Assembly (NCBI GenBank): GCA_002269645.1 | Contig: NIVC01002606.1 | Span: 1 to 64,000, forward strand | DNA length: 64,000 bases | Origin: Macrostomum lignano | Taxonomy: Eukaryota | Direction: 5' to 3' | Shown: positions 10,658 to 19,478 of the stretch, one piece after another | Layout of the letters: each line of letters opens with the position of its first letter | Numbering within the stretch: the stretch's first letter is position 1 | Made by a program: the position numbers and the translations under genes | Notes under the pieces: generated by a model | Database searches by the model: none | What the model was told of the DNA's origin: nothing | What the model saw: the letters and a program-made list of their open reading frames with translations, nothing else

Positions 10658-13600
10658 CTAAACCCAATCTCCTAAGCCTAATCTCCAGTGCCCGAACGGT
10701 AGACTGTTGATATTGTCATCAAAAATGAATCTCTTGTTATCTGCACCTGACAGTCCAATCTTCTTTTGCTGAATTGTGTGAATAATATGGTTTTTAGATT
10801 GTAGCTTTGAGAACTCATGTGATGTCTTTTTGTTGCAATTCAAGGCGTCTCTGTATTCAGCTTCATTAATTTCCTTCCTAACCACACGTTTCGGAATTCC
10901 CTTTGATTTTTTAATTGGGTCTGACGACTCACATTTTACAAAATAGGACTTTGCTCTCAACCCAATGAATTCAGTGATTATATCACCAGCAATCTCGTCC
11001 TTCATTTTCCCAATCACTTTCTTGTTAGTGGCGTCAAACACTTGATCACCATTCAGCGTCCTGCAAGATTCGTCATACTCAGACAAGTCAAACAACTCTT
11101 TTTGCTGCAGCATGTCCTGATAAATGTCTTCTGTTTGAATGTCCATAATAAAACTGTCTGTGTCAGTGTACAAGAGTTTCATTTTATCCTTGTACTGCTG
11201 CTTCATGCCATAGAAGAACTGGTACATCAACGTTTTGATTCGTCGAGAACAGTGACACCTGTATAGATCGGCTTGCGCAGCGTCACTTGGTTTTGTAAAA
11301 TATGATCACACCTAAGTAGCTATTAAAGATATGGAGTTCTTTGAACGTTGGCTTTGACATATTTGCCTGAATAACAGCAGGCTCTGATGAGGTAACAAGT
11401 TTCAGGTTTGTTCTTTTCCGCTCATTCTCAAGAGTCTTGCCATAGACAGAGTTGTTGGCTAACTTAAAGAGGTTCTTGTCAAAGTCGTTGGTTGCTTTGG
11501 TCCTAAACTGGGTGTTCTTATCAATGTAGGGTTTCATCCACGCTTCCTCTGTAAATTAAGAGCCTGTGAACTTTGGTGACCCTGCAACCAAGTGAGATAA
11601 AATATTGAAGCAGTTTGTAATGGATTTTGTAACGTGTCTTGTTGTTTAGATTCTGTGTTAGTTTCTCTGTATGTTCTTTTTCTGTTCCTGACAGGTGCCA
11701 AGTTCCATTATTATCATTGGGAGTTTCGATTATTTTCGGGCACTTGATGTTCTCTGGGAAGGGTGGAAAGTCAGAGAAATAGTCGTGAAGCTCTGGTGGA
11801 ATGTAAACATCAACCTCATAAATGGCAGCCAATGAAAAGTCCCATTTGAATTCTGATGAGGGTAGCCATCGAAAATCTCTAACTGGAAGATCTTGACTCA
11901 TCGCCCACCCGTAGAGATTATTGCGTCCAAGTAAGTAATGTAGTTTGAGGGCTGCTCCTTATTGTAAGATTCAATGTAGGGATTGTTTGCTTTTGCATAC
12001 CTGTTAACGCAAATTGAGATTCCCCCTCGCTTTGACGATTCGACAAAATTGTACATGTCAATGTCTGTAAGAAGTTCAATGTACCAATCTGGATCTTGAT
12101 CCCATTTCATTTTAAGCAAAGATTCCCAGCTAGTGGCAGGCAGAGACACATAATGTGCTGGATCGAGGCCATATGCTGTGTACCAGGTGTCTCTGAAGGT
12201 TTCAAACACATCAGCCAGCAGAAACACATCTGTGTAGAGGTAAAGCAGGTGATACTGGAAGAAGTTTTGACAATTAAAGTAATTATAGACATGCTTCGCG
12301 TGCTCATAGTCTTTGTCAGAGATTCCAGAGTCTGTTAGCTTTGAAAAGAACTTCTCCTGTGGTGGTAGTCCTCTTCAAAACATGATACCCAGTAATATTT
12401 TCATAGGGGTAGAAGCCTTTCTTTCTTAAAAGTTTAAATGATTCATCACTGTTGTTAATTTGACTTGCAAATATCTTTGTATATGTACATTGTTCATCTT
12501 TTAGATTCTTGCTTAGTTCGTCTAGACTGGCAGCTAGAAATTGATATGAATCCTTCAGTCTTATTTTACCTGTACCCGAACCTTCACCTTTACCCGAATT
12601 ATCCTGTTTAATATCAACACACTTAAACTTCTCCTTGTTCTCTGCGATGCAGTCAAGGTGTATGTCTGGAATCATGCCGATTTTTTCAACTATTAAATGC
12701 ATGTCATAGTTCTTTGCGTTGTGACAAAATATCGTTAGATCATGAATGTTCGATTTTAGCTTTAGATTACAGGTGTTATGCGCTGCACCTCTAAATTTCC
12801 CAGTAAAGTGGCAGTGGTCCCTAACGGTGGGGTTTTTAATATTAGTGCAAGTTAAATGTTTCCTGCAGATGTGGCAATGAGTTGCTGATAGGAAATTGCT
12901 TTCATCCTCCTCAGACATACTTATTGGAACAGGTTGAAGGGTGCTAATTACTCTTTGCAACTCTAACATTCTGGCAATAAACTACTCCACACACTGCTCT
13001 CCAAAGAAATAATTATACTCAACAAGTCCTTTTGTATTAATAAAGGCATATGCTACTGAATTGGGGACATGTTTTTGAGTTTGAGTTTGTTTTTGAGTTT
13101 CTGGCATGATTGAGCATTCAAAATCAGCATATACAACAAATGGGAGCTTCTCCATCTTGTGATAGTTCTTAAACCGGAGATACTTCTCTTCAGCTGAAGG
13201 AAGAGAGCAGTTTGTCGGGTGATCCTCGCATGATAATTCATGCTCTGTTAGCTTTTCAAAGCGTTCAGGTCCACTGTAATGCTTAAGGCACAAGCGGCAG
13301 ATGGCAACAGCCTCGTGATGATTATTCAACTGCTTGTGAATGAGTCTTGAAAGATCTTTAATCCAAACATAGTGAGCCTCCTCTAGTAAATTACCAATCA
13401 CTAGAAGATCCACTTCAGTCCGCCTTTTCCTCAGGATCTAAAACGTCTTTGCTACATCTGACCAGTTGAACTTTTTCAGTTTTCTCACTCCACTCAAAGA
13501 CTGTGATTCTAATTTTGTTATTAAACACTTCTTCTAGCTTTGGGATCTAAGAGATTGCCAAGCCTCCTTTGTCAAACCTGATTCCCTTCTTTTCGCATTC

Positions 13601-14538
13601 AATGAGATAGTAGTTGAAATAATTTTGATAATTTGAGGTTCTTTCGGGGTGGTGAGGGACACTATCATGAAGAAGTGCAGAAAGAACTGCCCATAGAGCA
13701 CAGCAATTGTCTTTATTTTTAACATTTATGCAAGCTTTTTTACCGGCTAGCTTATGCGGGAGCTCTATATAAGAGGAGGCTTTAAGTGGGTCATATTTCA
13801 TGACCATGACAGTTGCTCTTTGAATCCCTCCTACGACCCATCCGGAACCTCTGGATGTAAACGCTTCAATTTTCTTAGTGACATCTTGAAGGAAAGGATC
13901 CAGTGTGTCTGTAGGGGTGAATGGCTTTGCCTTTGTTGTCATGTAATACTCGAGATGCTCAGTGGGTTTTGCAGGCATATAAAATGCAATCTTGAATGAT
14001 ATCTGTAGTTTAAAGGTCTTGCGTGTTTTGAGTGTGTGATCAACAACTGATTGGATGCTGTCTTTATAGTCGTAGATGTTTGCGGTGGTGCCGTTGGTGC
14101 CGTTAATTGGGATTGTGTACTCTATGTAATGTTCTGTAAACTTCCTCTGTGCAAAATTAATCTCTTCAGTGGCAAGCTCCGACTCTTTTAAATGGATTAA
14201 TTGCTCTAATTTCTCTTGTTCCTGCTTATTTTGTGGGTACTTTGCTTTTTCACCAGTGAGAGTTTCATATTTGTTAACAAGTTGCGACTCCTCTCTTGGT
14301 GTTCCTTTGCAGGATTTTGTATAGGCGCATACTGGTTGGATTCTAATTGTTTGATGATTTCCAACTGTTTTTCATAGCTTCCCAGGTGACCAGGGTCGGT
14401 GTTGAACTTTTGTTTGCATGCTTCTCTTAGTAAATTACTTTTTTCTTGAAATGAGACGCCTTGTAAGGTTGTAGGGTAGGGTAAATGAGACGCAAAATGT
14501 TTGTTGACTAAATCTTTTGCTGGATTAGCTTTTGGCAT
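10658..14538 (-). pseudogene. polB: Protein-primed family B DNA polymerase (pPolB), disrupted in this assembly
   Basis: Ordered motifs across several frames: FTSRGSGW, SSYIELP, INVKNKDNCCALWAVLSAL, YADFE (ExoI), CHIC..RDHCHFTGKFRGAAHNTCN, HNAKNYD (ExoII), YLYTDV (ExoIII), RGGIS, YLD (motif A), KLANNSVYGKT (B), YTDTDS (C), GKMKDE, KSY, KSKG. Multiple frameshifts plus in-frame TAG at 13547-13549 and 12982-12984. Confidence 0.95.
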
Positions 14539-14662
14539 TTTTTTCTCTAAAATAAACAAAATTTTTGAGGGTGACCACCCTGATAGAAAAGTTGAACTGT
14601 TTCTACATCCTATAAGTAGCGCTAGGTTTATGAAGCTGGATAAAGTGGGGTTTTAAACCTCA

Positions 14663-15109
14663 TCACATCCGCATTATTGTAAACCCAGCATTGTGTAGTG
14701 TCATGATTGCTTTGACAATGTCAGACTTGCTTACAGAATTTTCATGCTCACAATCATCAAAATCCGGGCAGCCCTCTCCTGCCTTAATTGTTATACCTTT
14801 ATCTCTTGCAATCTTTTGCAATTCCAGCTGGTGGGCTCTATCATTACCAGCTTTAACAGCAGTTGCTACACCTCCAGCTACACCACCTGCGGCACTTACA
14901 GCGCCTGCAATGATCGGAATAAGAGCTGCTAATGGTAGGATTCCTCCTGACTTTTCATCTGTGATGCTGTGTCTTTGCTCATTACACTGAAGTATTTGCT
15001 GCGTGGGATCGATTTTTACTTTGGCACCTTTAATTGATATAATACCTGGTTTCTTTGATTCAATGATTTTATTGAGTTTATTGATGGTTCTGGTTTCAAT
15101 CTTTGTCAT
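14663..15109 (-). CDS. Adenovirus pX(mu)-like core/membrane protein (148 aa)
   Basis: SGG-ILPLAALIPIIAGAVSAAGGVAGGVATAV closely parallels the human adenovirus pX C-terminus RGG-ILPLLIPLIAAAIGAVPGIASVAL (recalled sequence). Confidence 0.75.
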   Translation of the reverse strand: MTKIETRTINKLNKIIESKKPGIISIKGAKVKIDPTQQILQCNEQRHSITDEKSGGILPLAALIPIIAGAVSAAGGVAGGVATAVKAGNDRAHQLELQKIARDKGITIKAGEGCPDFDDCEHENSVSKSDIVKAIMTLHNAGFTIMRM

Positions 15110-15125
15110 TTTTTATTTTAATATT

Positions 15126-16163
15126 TTAATTAATTTCTGTGTCAGCTGGTATCACTAGGAGTTCAGCTCTAGTGAATGACCGCGTGGGGGATTTAGGGTT
15201 AAAGGCTTGAGATAAAAAGTAATAATCACCGGAGTCGGAGGTAAAATGTCTGTCTATTTTATGCACATCAAGGCTGAAGTATGGATCTGTAGCTCTTCTT
15301 TTGGTGTCTTTCTCTAGCTCTCCAGGTAGATATAAAAAGCGTAGAAACTCAGAGTTTGTCAGTATGTATGGTGATTCAACTCCTGGAAGCTTAGGGTAGT
15401 TCGAGGTGTGTTTTGTGTTGTGTGTGTTGTGTGGGGTTGTAGTGTTGTTGTCTGTTCTATGAGTTGCCTTAAGTTTGACAGTGTCTTGTTTAATTGCATG
15501 GGATGGTTTCAATCCAGTCATACGTGTGACTTCATTGTTCAGTTGCTCTATAACAGTGGGGAGCCGGTCTGTCCATTTTGAATAGTACTGACCACTTTTT
15601 AGTTTCAGCTCCTCAGCTGTCTGCTTAGTGAATAGCCTCTTGGCTAGAGTTAGATTGAATCTTTCCACAAAAGCCTGGTCTCTGTGCAAGTTTGTTCTGC
15701 CATAGCGAATTTTTGTGTCATGCTTATGTAGAAGTGATTTCACTGCACCCATGAATTCTTTACCCGGGTCCGTCATAAAGATTTCAGGGTAACTAAGGGG
15801 TGAGTTTTTATAAATATCTTGGAGTGCGCTGGCAACAACCTCTGACTTCTTCGTCTTGAGTGGGCGAGCTTCCTTATATCTGGAAGCAACGTCTGTAATT
15901 GTGAGAGCATACTTGTAGCCCGAGTCATTGGGGAGAAACAATAAGTCTGCTTGGTGCGCCTCATTAGGTTTATAGATGCTAAAGTGAGGTCTTGTAAATA
16001 TAACAGGTGGGAAATAGACTTGAAAGACAGCCTGCTTAGAGAGCCACTTTTCTACTTTAGCTTTTGGTTCCTTACTTAGTTCTGCGAGTTTGGTGACTGC
16101 ATTTTTTCCTACAAAGAATCCTTTGTCGCTGTAGTAGAGTTTTTTAAGTTTCTGATCTGTCAT
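15126..16163 (-). CDS. int: Retroviral-type (rve, DDE) integrase of Polinton, intact 345 aa
   Basis: HQADLLFLP (D), YALTITDVASRY, IFMTDPGKEFMG (D), DQAFVERFNLTL (E), W..RLP.V...LNN..TRMTGLKP; ATG at 16163 in an A6-ATG context. Confidence 0.95.
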   Translation of the reverse strand: MTDQKLKKLYYSDKGFFVGKNAVTKLAELSKEPKAKVEKWLSKQAVFQVYFPPVIFTRPHFSIYKPNEAHQADLLFLPNDSGYKYALTITDVASRYKEARPLKTKKSEVVASALQDIYKNSPLSYPEIFMTDPGKEFMGAVKSLLHKHDTKIRYGRTNLHRDQAFVERFNLTLAKRLFTKQTAEELKLKSGQYYSKWTDRLPTVIEQLNNEVTRMTGLKPSHAIKQDTVKLKATHRTDNNTTTPHNTHNTKHTSNYPKLPGVESPYILTNSEFLRFLYLPGELEKDTKRRATDPYFSLDVHKIDRHFTSDSGDYYFLSQAFNPKSPTRSFTRAELLVIPADTEIN

Positions 16164-16193
16164 TTTTTTAAAAAGAAAATTTAAAATAAAATA

Positions 16194-16682
16194 ATGCAAC
16201 GCTCTGGTGGTAAGTTAGATTCACATGGACTGATAGAAAAGCTTCCTCATCCAAACAAAGGCTGGACACTTCCCGGGTACAAATATTGCGGGCCTTTGAA
16301 TCCACTTGAAATACAGTTAGATACAAACGATAATCCAAATCCTGGGCATGAGCCTGTGAACGAGCTAGACTCTGTCTGCATGTGGCACGACGTTAAATAT
16401 AGAGATTTTCCTGAGGAGAAGAATCGCTGGGACAAAGAAATGCTTAAGAGACTAGACAATATAGGGGCTTCAAGCGGATTTCGTGAGTCGATTGCTCGGA
16501 AATTAGTCAAGGCGGTTATTTTTGGTAAGAAAAAGCTGGGGTTGGGGATCGACGGCGAGGGTGGGTGTTTGGGGAGAGAGGGCGGTTGCACGGGGAGAGA
16601 GGGAGCTGGGTTTATTTTGTGCGCTCCAAACGAGGTACTAGGAAGACTGCTGAAAGAGCTGGGGGTAGAGAGAGGCGCTTGA
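16194..16682 (+). CDS. Parvovirus VP1u-type phospholipase A2 (PLA2X), 162 aa
   Basis: WTLPGYKYCGPLN Ca-loop-like motif, P.NELDSVCMWHDVKY catalytic HD, downstream D in RWDKEM. Confidence 0.9.
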   Translation: MQRSGGKLDSHGLIEKLPHPNKGWTLPGYKYCGPLNPLEIQLDTNDNPNPGHEPVNELDSVCMWHDVKYRDFPEEKNRWDKEMLKRLDNIGASSGFRESIARKLVKAVIFGKKKLGLGIDGEGGCLGREGGCTGREGAGFILCAPNEVLGRLLKELGVERGA

Positions 16683-16911
16683 GTCGGGAAGGGCTTAACT
16701 ATTATTCTCAGCCCTAGCCAAACGCAACAGGTGCATTTTGAAAAGGGTGGGGTAACTGCTATTTGTTGAGGGAGCGCAGCCCTCTAATCGATTTTGCGAA
16801 TGTACAAGTTCCACGCGTGCTTTCCTTTCCGCTTTGACATCCCCAATCAACCAAGGAAATGTACAGGGACTTCAAACGGGTGGAGGGAATCGATCGCTCG
16901 GAAGCTAGTTA

Positions 16912-17055
16912 ACGTCTGGGTGACGTCTGGGTGACGTCTGGGTGCTAGCTCGTTTTCATATTTAGCGATCTGGTCCTCCGCTTGTACACCGTGTGTTCTT
17001 GTTTGCTAACTACGTTCTGGAAACTTTCATTTCCACCCTAGCCGGCTGTATAAAA
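16912..17055 (+). promoter_or_regulatory. Pol II-type promoter of the 17120 gene: 3x ACGTCTGGGTG (TGACGT CRE/ATF-like half sites) and TATAAAA at 17049-17055
   Basis: Motifs read directly; TATA lies ~65 nt upstream of the ATG. Function inferred. Confidence 0.5.
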
Positions 17056-17119
17056 GCAAAAAGAAAACGCTAAACACACTACACACACATTCGATTGTAT
17101 ATACTATTGAAATCCCAGC

Positions 17120-17981
17120 ATGGCTTTGTCTAAAGAGAAACAAAGACGCATCTCAGACGTTGTGGAGATGACCACATCGTTATTAAAAAAAGATCGATCG
17201 CTGCTGGGAGCTCGCCTCCGAGACTTTCCCAATGAAGAGCTGATGAGGCTTCAAGCAAGCTTGCAAAAGTTAAACGGTCTGCCAGACAAACGGAAGAGCG
17301 TATCGGAGAAGAAAGAAGAGAATAGACAAGAGGAAACCGTAATTGAAAAAATAAAGGAAAAATTGGAGGATATCGAAGATCGCGGCGTGCGAGTCAGTCT
17401 ACAGTCACTATTCTCTTCGATTAATTTCGTCGGAGAAAAGTTGTTTGATTTGTCGAGAACATCGATTATCGAGGGCACCAAACAAGTGATAGTTGGCATT
17501 GACAATGTGTCAATACTTAAGGCGATCTTACAATTCGAGTTCGGAAGAAGAGTCAACTATTTAAGCTCAAAGTTTGGTATGGACGAACGCGAGCTAGCTC
17601 GTGTGTTTGACGTAACCATTCGGAAAGTGAGTGATTATGTGAAGTATTACCGGCTGTGCCTGGAGTTCCCGGGGCTGATCTTCTCGGGTTATTCAATGGG
17701 GCGTGTGTTGAACTATAGCGCTCCAATCCGCAAGAAGGCTGCCACCGACACCAGATTTGACCAGCTGCTGAGAATGCAGCACGAAAGTGTTGCCTTCCTT
17801 ACAATGGAAGGTGAATTTGAAAAGACAATCCAAGCCTGGTACGAAGACGGTAAGTAATTGCTTCACAGTTTTAATTCTATTAAATTTAAATTGATAATTC
17901 TTAAAACGTTGCTTTTTTTCAGAGGCCAACGAGGAAGATGATGAAGATGAGGACGAGGACAAAAAAGTGAAGACGTGCTGA
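17120..17981 (+). CDS. Orphan spliced protein with HTH-like motif and acidic tail (exons 17120-17849, 17923-17981)
   Basis: The ORF ends on GACG/GTAAGT; a 73-nt AT-rich intron ends TTTTTTTCAG; exon 2 adds in-frame EANEEDDEDEDEDKKVKTC*. Internal ERELARVFDVTIRKVSDYVKYYRL resembles an HTH. Confidence 0.65.
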
Positions 17982-18820
17982 CGGTGACAACACTCTAATA
18001 TTTATTCAGGCATTTTATTGACAAGTCCTTTAGGTTATTGTTTGTTGTGTTAAGATTTCATAAGTATTAATATTTTCATAGAGTGTAGAGAGAAGTGGTA
18101 AGATATCACTTACCACTAGATACCACTAGGGGGGGGGGGCAAGGCAAGAAAGGCATGAAGAGGTTGTCGCCAAGGTTGTGTGTTAAGAATAGCGGAGTGT
18201 AACAGAAAGCGTACACTGGCGTGGGAGAGAGATTTCTCTGAAACCGAGGTACCCAAGGCCAGCTGGGGAGACGGCCTTGAACGTACTGGGCGCACATGAT
18301 TTTTTCTAACGCGTTAGAGAAAATGATGTGTGTACATGATTTTTTCTAACACGTTAGAGAAAATCATGTGTGGTTTTTCCGAGACAGTCCAGAATGGCGT
18401 CAAGTTGTTTAGAGCCTACTTATAAGTAATATGACTAGAAATTCTTACTTCAAGTAATAACACGAGAAAATGTGGGATATGTAGAGAGGATACTGTAGGT
18501 TTGTTAGATAACCTTCCTTCTAATATAAATTTAGAGCAACTTGTAGACAATTTTAGAAGTACCACCAATTAATAATCATTCTTGTTTTTGTTTATGTAAA
18601 ACATTGTTATTCTATTTATTACAAAATTTCGATAAATAAAAATTCAAAGCTTCATAGAATAAACTCCAACTACAATACGGTATTTTCGGTACCGTATTAC
18701 GGTACGGTATTTATTTAACAATTAATAAATAAGGTCTGCTTTCTTTCTTTTCTTTGTTTTAAGTGAAATTACCATCAACGATTGTACCTTTCATGCAGAG
18801 CCAAACTCTTACTAGCATGA

Positions 18821-19012
18821 CTAAGCAAATTTTCTCAGCTGTGTTCTGAACCAGTGTCTTTGGAGAGCTAGATTAATATTAGGGACATTGATATCAACGC
18901 CGGGCCAATATTTTCTCATGTACTCGCTGCATTCTAGTTTGCATTGGTACTTACTCTTGTAATTAGGCTCGTGCGCTTTGTAATAAGAACCTGGGGAGAC
19001 AACTGGAAACAT
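18821..19012 (-). CDS. Small TIR-embedded orphan protein (63 aa), right copy
   Basis: Same first 47 aa as 3372-3608, then a different C-terminus LALQRHWFRTQLRKFA. Confidence 0.5.
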   Translation of the reverse strand: MFPVVSPGSYYKAHEPNYKSKYQCKLECSEYMRKYWPGVDINVPNINLALQRHWFRTQLRKFA

Positions 19013-19478
19013 TTTTAGAGAAAATTTAGATTTTTTTTCAAAGGGTAAGGACCCTGGGTTAGGGGATTTAAAGTCTTAGGGATCTGGTAGCACGTTGCGG
19101 ATTGAATGTGGGGAGAAGAATGCAGATTATTTTCTGATTGTTTCGAAGATGCTATGGGTGGATTTGGAGCTGTTATGCTCAGAGCATAAACCCTCAGAGC
19201 ATAACAGTAGGACACCTGTTATGCTCTGATTCTGTCAGGGATAATATGGATGGATTTAATGGGATTATGGAGGATGTTTTGTGAGCGAGTGCGACCCCCT
19301 TTTTTCTGATTCTGTCGGGGATAATATGGATGGATTTAATGGGATTATGGAGGACGTTTTGTTAGCGAGTGCGACCCCCCTTTTTTTCTGATTCTGTCAG
19401 GGATAATATAGATGGATTTAATGGGATTATGGAGGACGTGAAAAATTTTGTCCCAAAAGCCCCCTCATGCCTTCTACT
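18871..19478 (-). repeat. Right terminal inverted repeat (~608 bp)
   Basis: Reverse complement of 2907-3513. Confidence 0.95.

Larger units (their letters stand above)
2907..19478. mobile_element. Complete Polinton/Maverick (adintovirus-like endogenous virus), 16.6 kb
   Basis: Starts AGTAGAAGGCATGAGG and ends CCTCATGCCTTCTACT (inverted). Flanked by AAGCCA at 2901-2906 and 19479-19484 (6-bp TSD). Encodes pPolB, rve integrase, A32 ATPase, adenain protease and major/minor capsid proteins, the canonical Polinton gene set. Confidence 0.97.
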
